Source: Vibrio alginolyticus NBRC 15630 = ATCC 17749
GTDB lineage: Bacteria > Pseudomonadota > Gammaproteobacteria > Enterobacterales > Vibrionaceae
NCBI RefSeq assembly: GCF_000354175.2
Contig: NC_022359.1
Span: forward strand, 810,001-842,000
DNA: 32,000 bases
Reading direction: 5' to 3'
A model generated the notes under the pieces. The model was given only the letters and a program-made list of their open reading frames with translations. It was not told where the DNA came from and did not search any database. The translations under genes and the position numbers were made by a program. The stretch's first letter is position 1. Each line of letters opens with the position of its first letter. Positions 16,477 to 25,585 of the stretch are shown piece by piece.

Positions 16477-17022
16477 TTACAATTGTTGCTCTATCATATT
16501 GGTAAGCGTAGTACTTGTCGGTGATGTGGAGCTTGGAAAAGTAGCAATAACTTTACCTTCAGAGCTAATCAGAAACTTGTAGAAGTTCCATTTTGGTTTT
16601 ATGCCTGCTTGGTTGGTAATTTGGTTGAAGACTGGGTTCGCATCTACACCTAATACTGAAGAGCGAGCCATCATTGGAAAGGTTACCCCGTAATCGAGAT
16701 AACAGACTTTCGCAGTGTTCGTTTCGCTTCCTCTATCTTGTCGAAAGTCATTGCTCGGGAAACCGATAACGGTGAAGTTTTGGTCTTTGTAAGTTTGATA
16801 GAGGGTTTCTAACTGTTCGAACTGAGGAGTGAAGCCGCACTGGCTTGCTGTATTGACGATTAGTAGTGTCTTTCCCTTAAAGCTTTCGCATAGATCGACT
16901 TCTTCCGTTGAGTTTAACAACCTTTGCTTACCTTGAAGAATATCAGGGCACTCAGATGCAAGAGCAAGCGAATTCATGGAGAGAAAGCTAACGAGAGCGG
17001 CGAAGTTCAGTAATCCTTTCAT
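16477..17022 (-). CDS. Glutathione peroxidase (Cys-type) with signal peptide
   Basis: 181 aa. The GPx motifs NTASQCGFT, GFPSNDF and WNFYKFL are present. The N-terminal signal peptide ends ALA-SE. Confidence 0.9.
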   Translation of the reverse strand: MKGLLNFAALVSFLSMNSLALASECPDILQGKQRLLNSTEEVDLCESFKGKTLLIVNTASQCGFTPQFEQLETLYQTYKDQNFTVIGFPSNDFRQDRGSETNTAKVCYLDYGVTFPMMARSSVLGVDANPVFNQITNQAGIKPKWNFYKFLISSEGKVIATFPSSTSPTSTTLTNMIEQQL

Positions 17023-17080
17023 GGTGTTGTTCCCCTTGTTTTCAATAAGTATAACTACTTAAGTGCAAAGAGGATCGATC

Positions 17081-17110
17081 AAAAAAGCCGCACAAATGCG
17101 CGGCTTTTTC
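17081..17110. terminator. Terminator hairpin downstream of ribB
   Basis: AAAAAA-GCCGCAcaaaTGCGCGGC-TTTTT is an imperfect stem flanked by an A-run and a T-run. Confidence 0.65.
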
Positions 17111-17126
17111 AAGAGCTGAGATCTGA

Positions 17127-17783
17127 CTATGCCAGTTTCAACTCGAACTGGTTCAGGTACATTACCATGTCTTCAATCGTCAGTACCGGCATGTTGTGCA
17201 GGCGACCGAATGCTACGATCTCCGGTGCCTTTGCCATCGTGCCATCTGGATTGGTCACTTCACACAGTACGCCAGCGGGTTGAAGCCCTGCCATTTGCAT
17301 CAGATCAATCGTACCTTCTGTGTGACCACGGCGAGTCATTACACCACCTGGACGTGCGCGCAGAGGGAATACGTGACCCGGGCGAGCAAGATCTTCCGGT
17401 TTTGCGTGCGGGTTTGCCGCCGTTTTAATGGTCGTTACGCGGTCTGCTGCTGAAACACCCGTTGTTACACCAACTTTCGCTTCAATAGAAACCGTAAATG
17501 CGGTTTGGTTTGCGCTGTTGTTGTTTACCACCATTGGAGGCAGCTCCAGTTTGTCTGCTTGAGCATCTGTTAAGCACAAACAAACGATGCCGCTACATTC
17601 GCGGATCATCAATGCCATTTGCTCGTTAGTGAGGTGCTCGACTGAATAAATGATATCGCCTTCGTTTTCGCGATCTTCATCATCAAGAAGCAGTACGCCA
17701 CGGCCTTCTTTTAAAGCGATAAGTGCGTTTTCAACGCGAGTAATTGGGTCGCCGAATTCGGCAAGTAGTGATGACTGATTCAT
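17127..17783 (-). CDS. ribB: 3,4-dihydroxy-2-butanone-4-phosphate synthase
   Basis: 218 aa. Canonical RibB blocks are present: [24 protein letters not shown] and RRGHTEG. SD AGGAG. An FMN riboswitch lies upstream. Confidence 0.95.
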   Translation of the reverse strand: MNQSSLLAEFGDPITRVENALIALKEGRGVLLLDDEDRENEGDIIYSVEHLTNEQMALMIRECSGIVCLCLTDAQADKLELPPMVVNNNSANQTAFTVSIEAKVGVTTGVSAADRVTTIKTAANPHAKPEDLARPGHVFPLRARPGGVMTRRGHTEGTIDLMQMAGLQPAGVLCEVTNPDGTMAKAPEIVAFGRLHNMPVLTIEDMVMYLNQFELKLA

Positions 17784-17844
17784 GGTTAACTCCTAAATTT
17801 CACCAGAATCAGGGCGGTATGAGAGATCGCCGTAAAATACGATC

Positions 17845-18035
17845 AAAAAGAAGTGCACCAGCATTCTTAGCGATCTGACTCGCTATGCTGGTGTATTCTT
17901 ATTCTCTTTCATCCGGACTATAACCGTCGGCTCTGGCATCTCACCAGATCTGCTGACCTCGACGAATCGAGCGCTCGCGGGCTCACTTGAAAAAGTATAC
18001 CGCCGGTGGGGAATTTCGCCCCGCCCTGAGAACAA
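17845..18035 (-). promoter_or_regulatory. FMN riboswitch (RFN element) with terminator-type expression platform
   Basis: The minus strand reads UUCUCAGGGCGGGGCGAAAUUCCCCACCGGCGGUA...AGCCCGCGAGCGC...GGUCAGCAGAUCUGGUGAGAUGCCAGAGCCGACGGUUAUAGUCCGGAUGAAAGAGAA, which matches the RFN core. It is followed by CACCAGCAU...AUGCUGGUG and then cacUUCUUUUU (about 17845-17895). Confidence 0.9.
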
Positions 18036-18141
18036 TTAAAAATGCACCACTTCATCCAAGTTGTGAAGAAGTGGAGCTAGGATAGTACTGCGAACTGAAT
18101 AGCTTGGAAAGTCGATTCCATCTGTATGATGGAAAAGTGTG

Positions 18142-18759
18142 CTATCGACGGAAATAATCTGTGCGAATAAAGTGATCAATCTGCTGCGGCACGAAGGTGT
18201 TGTAAATCAGGCTTGTATGCGTTTGCTTCACTTCGATATGATCTTGCATACCGTCCAGTCTTGTCTCTTCTACGGTAACGGTACCGTCCGACATGGTGTT
18301 GTCATTACGGATCAACAATGGGCGAGCGCCAATCGGCATCGTTCCTGCGATACTGCCGAGTTTTTGAGGGAAATCCCAGGCGTCATCATGTTTGTTTAAT
18401 CCGTGGTGTGGCGAATTGCCTAAAATTGCACCCAATCCGAGATCTTGAATTCGACCTACAATGGACGCGCCTTTAAGAGGCGAACCGATAGCGACAACAT
18501 GAGAGATTAAGTTAGTACTCGGTTTTCTGTTGGCGAGATAGCGCTTAATCATCAAGCCTCCCAAGCTGTGTCCCACGAGCACGTTTGTGGTCAGTGGATT
18601 AAGCGAGTGATCAATAGAATCAAACAGTGAAGACTCATCGATAGCAACAGTGTTATAGCTGAGTACTTGCGTTTCGTATCCGAGTTTTCTCAGCTTTTGG
18701 CTAAGAGGCTGCATGACCAGCCCATGCATATAAAGACCATGTAAGATGATGATTTTCAT
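18142..18759 (-). CDS. Alpha/beta hydrolase (small esterase/lipase-like)
   Basis: 205 aa with SD AGGAGG. It has the N-terminal ILHGL motif and the nucleophile elbow GHSLGG. Confidence 0.8.
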   Translation of the reverse strand: MKIIILHGLYMHGLVMQPLSQKLRKLGYETQVLSYNTVAIDESSLFDSIDHSLNPLTTNVLVGHSLGGLMIKRYLANRKPSTNLISHVVAIGSPLKGASIVGRIQDLGLGAILGNSPHHGLNKHDDAWDFPQKLGSIAGTMPIGARPLLIRNDNTMSDGTVTVEETRLDGMQDHIEVKQTHTSLIYNTFVPQQIDHFIRTDYFRR

Positions 18760-18876
18760 AATACCTCCTAGATTTATGACGTCGTAGATATCCTACTCTA
18801 ATTAACAAAGAACTACTTGTGCTTTGTGGTGCATATTTACGTTTTGCTGCAAAGTTTGACTGCTGTAGCAAGCGAC

Positions 18877-20730
18877 TCAGCCCAGTAAATCCTGTACTTG
18901 TTGTTGCAATTGATGACGATTTAAAGACGCAGGACTTAACACTTCACCGATAACAACATCCACTTTTGACCAAAAACGAGTCGGTCGTTTTGTGAGAGCA
19001 TGTCCGCCTTTGTGGCTGAAAAAAGAACCCCAAAGCCCTTTTAACGCCATAGGGATGACAGGAACAGGGTTACGTTCGAGGATTTTCTCTACACCAGGGC
19101 GAAACTCACCCAATTGACCGTTAGACGTTAAACGACCCTCAGGGAAGATACAGACAACCTCACCGTCGTTAAGCGCTTGTTCAATCTGTTCAAATGCTCG
19201 ACGGTAAGTGTCGGCACACTTACGTGGAGAACAGATCGGGATAACACCGGCATGACGGAATACATATTTAAGAACAGGTAGCTCGCTGATGGACTTGTCC
19301 ATCACAAAACGAACCGGGCGAGTAGAGGTTCCCATCAAAATCAATGCATCGACATAGCTAACATGGTTAGCCACGATTAACGCAGCGCCTTGTTCAGGAA
19401 TATGTTGGCGCCCCTTTACTGACACACGATACATACAATGGCTGAGTAAATAACTGATAAAGCGTTGTGTAAATTCCGGTACTTGGCGATAGACATAGAT
19501 TGCCACGAAGAAGTTACCTATTGCCATCATGGCAAACAGTTCCACAATAGAAAGCTCTAGTACGCTGAGTACAACGATCGAAACCAAAGCAGACACCACC
19601 ATAAACAACGCATTCATGATGTTGTTAGCAGCAATGGCACGTGCACATTCCCCTTTGTTTGAACGCGATTGGATGAACGCATAAAGAGGAACAATAAAGA
19701 CACCGCCGCTTACACCAACAAGGAAAAGGTCAATCATGACGCGCAGATGTTTTGATTCAGCAACGAAGCTTTGCACATCATAAAAGTGCACCGGAAGTGA
19801 TGGATTACTTGGGACTGCCCATAGCAAGTCGACGCCAAAGACTGTCAGACCAAGGATACCGAATGGCAAAATACCAAGCTCAACGTGGTTGAAAGAAAGT
19901 TTTTCACACAACCAAGAGCCTGTCGCGATACCAATCGAAAACAATGCCAACAGTAAAGAAACGACAGTGCTATCTGCGAACAAATGTTCGCGTGCGAAGT
20001 TAGGGAATTGAGTTAGGTAAGTCGCACCCATGAACCAGAACCAACTGATGGCAAGAATAGACATCCAGATGCCTCTCTGTTTTTTTGCCACTTTTAACGT
20101 GTTCTTTAAACCAGAAATCGGTTCAAATTTCGCTTTGTCATTCGATTGGCTAGGCATCGTTGGAATATTCACGCTGCTCATGAACCCAAGCAAAGACAAG
20201 GCAATCACGGTACAAGAAGCAATCAAGGTACCATTAGGAATGGCTAGCAGCAGGCCTGCGCTAAGCGTACCTATAAGAATCGAAAGAAACGTGCCCATTT
20301 CAACCCAAGCATTTCCTTTAACAAGCTCATTTGGTTTGAGCGCTTGTGGTAACAAGGCGTATTTCACGGGACCAAAATAGGCCGATTGAGTGCCTGTCAT
20401 AAACAGCAGAACCAGCATCAGCATGGCACTTTGGGTGGCAATAGCGGTTGCTGCGCAAGACATGATAGCCAGCTCGATGAGCTTTAGACGTCGGATTAAA
20501 TTGGCTTTGTCCATGCTGTCAGCGACGGCACCAGCATGCGCTGAGAATAGAAAGAAAGGTAGGATGAATAAGCCTGCCGCCAAATTAACGAATAGATTGA
20601 CGGATATTGGTAGGTTATCAATTTGGCTGTATGTCACCATCAATAACAGAACGTTTTTGTAGATGTTGTCATTGAGTGCGCCAAGGCATTGCGTCACAAA
20701 GTAAGGAAAAAAGCGTTTTGAGAAAAACAT
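18877..20730 (-). CDS. Fusion protein: LplT-like MFS lysophospholipid transporter + PlsC-type acyltransferase
   Basis: 617 aa from the ATG at 20730; the track's TTG extension is unlikely. About 12 TM segments begin FFPYFVTQCLGALNDNIYKN. The C-terminal domain carries ANHVSYVDALIL (HX4D) and IFPEGRLT acyltransferase motifs. Confidence 0.8.
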   Translation of the reverse strand: MFFSKRFFPYFVTQCLGALNDNIYKNVLLLMVTYSQIDNLPISVNLFVNLAAGLFILPFFLFSAHAGAVADSMDKANLIRRLKLIELAIMSCAATAIATQSAMLMLVLLFMTGTQSAYFGPVKYALLPQALKPNELVKGNAWVEMGTFLSILIGTLSAGLLLAIPNGTLIASCTVIALSLLGFMSSVNIPTMPSQSNDKAKFEPISGLKNTLKVAKKQRGIWMSILAISWFWFMGATYLTQFPNFAREHLFADSTVVSLLLALFSIGIATGSWLCEKLSFNHVELGILPFGILGLTVFGVDLLWAVPSNPSLPVHFYDVQSFVAESKHLRVMIDLFLVGVSGGVFIVPLYAFIQSRSNKGECARAIAANNIMNALFMVVSALVSIVVLSVLELSIVELFAMMAIGNFFVAIYVYRQVPEFTQRFISYLLSHCMYRVSVKGRQHIPEQGAALIVANHVSYVDALILMGTSTRPVRFVMDKSISELPVLKYVFRHAGVIPICSPRKCADTYRRAFEQIEQALNDGEVVCIFPEGRLTSNGQLGEFRPGVEKILERNPVPVIPMALKGLWGSFFSHKGGHALTKRPTRFWSKVDVVIGEVLSPASLNRHQLQQQVQDLLG

Positions 20731-20828
20731 ACGGGCCCCGATTAAACAAAGTCGAATGAGATGGGAGCACTTTATGCTCAATGAACGATTAAACCAGCTT
20801 TCTCTTTCAAGTGACGTTGTATGCCACC

Positions 20829-20853
20829 AAAAGTAACGAAATTCGTTACTTTT
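20829..20853 (-). terminator. Hairpin terminator after the HD/XRE operon
   Basis: AAAAGTAACG-aaatt-CGTTACTTTT is a symmetrical stem with T-runs on both strands, 24 nt after the XRE gene stop. Confidence 0.55.
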
Positions 20854-20876
20854 ATTTCCATTTGTTTATTGAGTTA

Positions 20877-21635
20877 CTAATTGCGAGACTTCTGAGCAGG
20901 TTTTCTTTCCCATGGTTCAAACAAAGGGAACGTCCAGCGACGCATCGCAATAATCAGAGAGGTGCCGTGTTTTTCGTCCATATCGAGAGAGCTATCACTT
21001 TGGCAAGCCTGATAAAACTCATCGATGACCTTTTGCAGTTTCTGTTGTAGCTTCTTGTTGCTTGGTACACTCATCAGTCCTGTTGCCATGGAGAACTTTT
21101 CATCTTCACCAGAAAAGTAGCTTTGGAAAAAGGCGTCTTGAACTTGCTGTTGGAAGAACCGTTGAATAGGGCCGCCCATCTGCCACTTAAATGTCGGAGA
21201 TATACGCAAACGAATTTTGTTATTTGGCTGCAAGTCGATGATGTTCAGCCGATCCAAATGAGCAAGCTTTTGCACCAGTTCAAACTCATTGAAGGTGTAT
21301 TGCTGAACGATTTGCTCAAACTGATAGCCATTTACAACACAGATCGCCACGAGCAGCAGGGCTTTATCGTCAACCAGCTGCTTTTCTTGCTCTAACGTTA
21401 GCGACTCTAGACCCTTATTGTGCGCAGCCGCGAGCTTAAATAGTTCCGCCATTTCTAAACCAATCAATTGGCAAATGCGTTCTAAGCGCTCAAGGCTAAT
21501 GTGCTGACCTTCAGCGAGTAAACGTTTGACGCTTCCTTCACTTAAATTAAGGTGTTGTGCAACATCCGCATAATGCAGCCCAGCTAACTTTAGTTGGCGT
21601 TTAAGCTCTTTAATTAACGTATAGCTTTCTGACAT
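20877..21635 (-). CDS. XRE-family HTH transcriptional regulator with uncharacterised C-terminal domain
   Basis: 252 aa. The N-terminal 65 aa (LAGLHYADVAQHLNLSEGSVKRLL) form a Cro/CI-type HTH. The remaining ~180 aa are unassigned. The start codon directly abuts the upstream stop (TAA-ATG). Confidence 0.75.
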   Translation of the reverse strand: MSESYTLIKELKRQLKLAGLHYADVAQHLNLSEGSVKRLLAEGQHISLERLERICQLIGLEMAELFKLAAAHNKGLESLTLEQEKQLVDDKALLLVAICVVNGYQFEQIVQQYTFNEFELVQKLAHLDRLNIIDLQPNNKIRLRISPTFKWQMGGPIQRFFQQQVQDAFFQSYFSGEDEKFSMATGLMSVPSNKKLQQKLQKVIDEFYQACQSDSSLDMDEKHGTSLIIAMRRWTFPLFEPWERKPAQKSRN

Positions 21636-22274
21636 TTACGCTGTTACCTCGTCGTGTAACTGCTCTAGGTACGTTTGCATAAAGGTTTTGCGTTTTTGCG
21701 CTTCGCGTCTCGCTGACTCCGTGTTCATGGTTTCAGCGATTTTGAATAACTTGGTTTGAAAGTGATCCAGAGTGAATTGTTTATCGTTAAGTTCACGTTC
21801 TTCGGCAAATATATCGCTGTCGTTGTAAAGTTGCGCGTTAAATTGAGTGCTGACTTGAATGCATCGCGTCACGCCAATTGCGCCTAAAGCGTCCAGACGG
21901 TCGGCATCTTGGACGATTTTGGCTTCTAACGTATTTGGCCTGATGTTGGCGCTAAAGCTGTGTGCCTCTATCGCATGAGCAATGGCATCATGATATTGCT
22001 GCGGATAATCGATACTCTCTAAAAATGCGACCGCTTTTTTGGCTGCGATGATTGAGCTCTCTTTACGATTTGGGTGATCTTTCGGGTAAGTAAAGCAATC
22101 ATGCAAATAGGCAGCCGGTAATACAATCGCGATGTCTGCATTTTCTTCTTTGCAGAGCTGTTTCGCTGTTTTGACCACGCGTTTTACGTGTTTAAGATCA
22201 TGAGCTGCATCTACTTGCATCTCTTGCTGCATAAATTCCAAAAATTGCGGTTCTATCTGGCTTAATGACGTCAT
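21636..22274 (-). CDS. HD-domain phosphohydrolase (YedJ-like)
   Basis: 212 aa. The blocks DAAHDLKHVKRV, AAYLHD, IEAHSFSA, IVQDADRLDALGAIG and LDHFQTKL are colinear with E. coli YedJ as recalled. Confidence 0.85.
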   Translation of the reverse strand: MTSLSQIEPQFLEFMQQEMQVDAAHDLKHVKRVVKTAKQLCKEENADIAIVLPAAYLHDCFTYPKDHPNRKESSIIAAKKAVAFLESIDYPQQYHDAIAHAIEAHSFSANIRPNTLEAKIVQDADRLDALGAIGVTRCIQVSTQFNAQLYNDSDIFAEERELNDKQFTLDHFQTKLFKIAETMNTESARREAQKRKTFMQTYLEQLHDEVTA

Positions 22275-22473
22275 GGTTCATATCTACAACTAAAATGAAG
22301 TCAGAAGTATGCCCAACGCTTAGAATAATTTCCAAGTGCGATGGTGTAATTGAGATTCAGCCACCAGAACCTTTTGCAACGTTTGGTACTGAGCCGTTTT
22401 ATATGGCCTTTCAATGTGTTCAGTGGTTTATGAGACAAGAATAGACAGAGCGAGCAGTGATGTTTACCAGTAG

Positions 22474-22507
22474 AAAAAAGGCCTGACGATGTCGTCAGGC
22501 CTTTTTC
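22474..22507. terminator. Bidirectional rho-independent terminator after codA
   Basis: AAAAAA-GGCCTGACGA-tgtc-(G)TCAGGCC-TTTTT. Confidence 0.85.
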
Positions 22508-22522
22508 GTTTCGCCGATCTTT

Positions 22523-23800
22523 TTAGCGTTTGAACGTTACTTGCTCTGCTTGTTCAAGATGAATATAAGTTGTCGCAGGCTGTGTTTCTGCAATCACTTT
22601 ACCGTGACGAACAGAGTAACGAACCGGCACTTGGCGACGTACTGCGTCAAAACCATTTTCTGCGGGAAGAATCAGTAAACTACCTGGTTTGCCTTCTTCA
22701 ATGCCGTGCTTGTCTTGAATGTTCAGTGTACGTGCTGAATTGTTGCTGATCAGATCCAGTGAGTTGTTGATTTGGTCGTAACCCATCACCTGACACACGT
22801 GCAGACCCATATGCAGCACTTGCAGCATGTTTGCAGTGCCTAGTGGGTACCAAGGGTCAAATACATCATCGTGTCCAAAGCAGACGTTGATGTTGGCATT
22901 CAGCATCTCTTTCACTCGTGTTACGCCGCGACGTTTTGGGTAATCATCAAAACGGCCTTGTAAGTGAATGTTCACCAATGGATTTGCCACGAAGTTGATA
23001 CCGGACATGCGTAATAAACGGAACAGGCGAGATGCGTATGCACCGTTGTAGGAACCCATCGCTGTGGTGTGACTGGCCGTGACTTTATTCCCCATATCAA
23101 ACTTGTGCGCTAATGCTGCCAGTGTTTCAACGAAGCGAGATTGTTCGTCATCGATTTCATCACAATGCACGTCGATCAGGCGGTCGTATTTTTGCGCTAA
23201 CTCGAATACGTAGTGCAGCGATTCAATGCCATATTCGCGTGTGAATTCAAAGTGTGGAATCGCGCCAATCACGTCCGCACCTAATTTGACGGCTTCTTCT
23301 AGCAGCTCTTTGCCATTTGGATAAGAGAGAATTCCTTCCTGCGGGAAGGCGACGATTTGGATATCTACCCACTCTTTCATCTCTTCACGCACTTCTACCA
23401 TCGCTTTTAGGGCAATTAGGGTAGGGTCTGAAACATCGACGTGGGTACGAACGTGTTGTACGCCGTTTGCTATCTGCCATTTTAAGGTTTGTTTTGCGCG
23501 CGCTTTCACGTCTTCAATCGACAGCATTTCTTTGCGCTCAGCCCAACGTTCAATACCCTCAAACAATGTGCCAGAGATGTTCCAGCTAGGCTCGCCTGCG
23601 GTTTGAGTTGTATCTAAGTGAATGTGTGGCTCGCAGAAAGGCGCAACCGCCATACCGCCTTCAGCATCGATGATGTCACCGTTATGACTAAGCTCCACAT
23701 CGTTGCTTTCAATGCGCTTGAATTGACCATCTTCAATCAAAATTTGCTGCAGACCTTCTTGTCCTTTTAGCGTTATGTTTTTGATCAGTAGTGTTGTCAT
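22523..23800 (-). CDS. codA: Cytosine deaminase
   Basis: 425 aa. It has the amidohydrolase metal motif EPHIHLDT, internal H/D ligands (VTASH, GHDDV), and the same size and order as E. coli CodA. It starts 9 nt after codB. Confidence 0.95.
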   Translation of the reverse strand: MTTLLIKNITLKGQEGLQQILIEDGQFKRIESNDVELSHNGDIIDAEGGMAVAPFCEPHIHLDTTQTAGEPSWNISGTLFEGIERWAERKEMLSIEDVKARAKQTLKWQIANGVQHVRTHVDVSDPTLIALKAMVEVREEMKEWVDIQIVAFPQEGILSYPNGKELLEEAVKLGADVIGAIPHFEFTREYGIESLHYVFELAQKYDRLIDVHCDEIDDEQSRFVETLAALAHKFDMGNKVTASHTTAMGSYNGAYASRLFRLLRMSGINFVANPLVNIHLQGRFDDYPKRRGVTRVKEMLNANINVCFGHDDVFDPWYPLGTANMLQVLHMGLHVCQVMGYDQINNSLDLISNNSARTLNIQDKHGIEEGKPGSLLILPAENGFDAVRRQVPVRYSVRHGKVIAETQPATTYIHLEQAEQVTFKR

Positions 23801-23809
23801 GATGGTTCC

Positions 23810-25048
23810 TTACGCTGGCTGTGTAGCCAGTGCTTTTTTGTTAAGAATAGGATTAAGAATCAGGAAGCTAATTGCGCCGCCAAGTACAGCGTTAATCGGC
23901 ACTACGCCAGGCAGGAAGTGTCCCGCACCAACGCCAATCACGACAGCGATAATGCCAGCCCAGTTAACGTTTTGGAATTGGGCGGCTTCAAAGTTTGCGT
24001 AGCGTTTACGGTTCGTGAAGAAGTCAGCGATGATCACGCCGCCAATCGGTGGAATTGCCAACGATAAGAAGGTCAGCCAGCCAACAAAGTTATTGTAGAG
24101 CCAGAGAGCGCAAAGTGTGCCAACAAGACCGTTCGCCATTGAGATGTATTTACTTGGTAAGCCTGTGATGTTGGAAAATCCAAGACCCGATGCGTAGAGC
24201 GCGTTGTCGTTGGTGGTCCAGATGTTCAAGCCAAGAACGATGATAGCTGGAATAAGAAGACCTTGCGCGATCATCACTTCAGAGATGTCTGATTGACCCG
24301 TCACCGACGCACCTGCCGCGCCAAAGATAAACATTAACGAGTTACCGATGAAAAATGCCACCATGGTGATCATCACGGCGCTGCGCGGCTTTTTGCCAAA
24401 GCGTACGAAATCCGCCGTTAACGTACCTGCACTAACAAAAGAGCCGACAACCATCGCGAGTGCTATTGAAAAATCGAGTGGCTCGCTTGGTTGAACTTGT
24501 TGTAGTTCGCCAATACCGCCAACGCTCTTTACTGCCTCGATGACAGAGTAGCCGCCAAGTAGTGCAATCGCGGGAACGGCGATTGCTGACAGCACCATCA
24601 GTGCTGAGATTCCAAAGTAAACGGTCGCGGTCATGAGCAAACCGGAGACAAGGATCAAAGTATTGGTATCGATGCCCGTTGCTTTATGCACCGGAATCGC
24701 AAACATCGCGACACCAACTCCAAACCACCCAACTTGAGTTCCGCCAAGAAGAGCAGAAGGAAGCCAAGAGCCTTTAGAACCAAAAGAGAAACGAGCAAGA
24801 AGGTGGGTAGAGAGACCAGTAGAAGCGCCGATGTAACCGAGGAAAGAAGTGTAAATACCGAGGATTAGGTTACCGATGAGAACAGCGAGGAAAAAATCAT
24901 TAAAGGAGAGCCCAGTACCGAGAGAACCACCTGTCCACATACTTGCGGAGAAAAAAGTGAGTCCTAACATCACCATGGTTAGTGACGCCACGCCTTTTCT
25001 GGCCGTGTTGGGAACTGGTCCAAGACTGTAGTTATTGTCTCCAGCCAT
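23810..25048 (-). CDS. codB: Cytosine permease (NCS1 family)
   Basis: 412 aa with 12 TM segments. The N-terminus is CodB-like and the gene lies immediately upstream of codA. SD GGAGG. Confidence 0.9.
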   Translation of the reverse strand: MAGDNNYSLGPVPNTARKGVASLTMVMLGLTFFSASMWTGGSLGTGLSFNDFFLAVLIGNLILGIYTSFLGYIGASTGLSTHLLARFSFGSKGSWLPSALLGGTQVGWFGVGVAMFAIPVHKATGIDTNTLILVSGLLMTATVYFGISALMVLSAIAVPAIALLGGYSVIEAVKSVGGIGELQQVQPSEPLDFSIALAMVVGSFVSAGTLTADFVRFGKKPRSAVMITMVAFFIGNSLMFIFGAAGASVTGQSDISEVMIAQGLLIPAIIVLGLNIWTTNDNALYASGLGFSNITGLPSKYISMANGLVGTLCALWLYNNFVGWLTFLSLAIPPIGGVIIADFFTNRKRYANFEAAQFQNVNWAGIIAVVIGVGAGHFLPGVVPINAVLGGAISFLILNPILNKKALATQPA

Positions 25049-25075
25049 TATTGCCTCCGCACATTGAAATATTAA

Positions 25076-25084
25076 ATTATAGCA
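25076..25084 (-). promoter_or_regulatory. Candidate extended -10 promoter of codBA
   Basis: The minus strand reads TGcTATAAT, about 28 nt upstream of the codB ATG and just before SD GGAGG. There is no good -35. Confidence 0.4.
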
Positions 25085-25585
25085 CCTGATTTTCAGGCAA
25101 ACGGCGCGTATTATCGTGATGTAAATTTAATAGTCAATGATAAAATTGAAATTTAAACGTTTGCTTGGTTTTTTATGTGTATTTTTTCTTTTAATAACAA
25201 TTGTTTGGTTTTTAAATTCTAAAAGTGGAAAGTTTGTTTTTACGTATTTTCTATGATTTATAGACAGGTTTTCTATGTGAAATTAATGTTTTTAATTGCT
25301 ATTTGTTTTTATGGATTAAATTTATCTATAACTCTGGATTGTTCAGTCGATTTCTATGAAAAGAAAACGATTTCATGATGAGGTTTTTGGTTTGGACGTT
25401 ATTTGTTCTTTTCTTGGGTGTGTTTTCTTGGTTTTATTTTATGTAGGTAATTTATTTTTGTTGAAGCTGGCATTTCTAATGGTTTAGTGGGCGAATATTT
25501 GAATTTTATAAACAGTAAACAATCTGTTGTGGGTAAGAAAAGTACAACCGAGCTCGGTCAGAGGATAAGAGGGCAATAGCCACAT

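Noticed and set aside
20731-20781. TTG-initiated 17-aa extension of the LplT-PlsC fusion.
   Set aside because: It uses a non-ATG start with no SD. The MFS N-terminus begins naturally at the ATG at 20730.
25095-25109. PurR-box-like sequence (ACGCGCCGTTTGCCT on the minus strand) near the codB promoter.
   Set aside because: Only the CGTTTGC half matches the ACGCAAACGTTTGCGT palindrome as I recall it, and the left half is offset by one base. That is too weak to call without a matrix scan.
25375-25446. 23-aa Phe/Leu-rich ORF (MMRFLVWTLFVLFLGVFSWFYFM).
   Set aside because: It is an alternative frame of the same T-rich tract and has no SD. The hydrophobicity is what T-rich DNA encodes by default. 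I kept only the 43-aa frame as a low-confidence lead.
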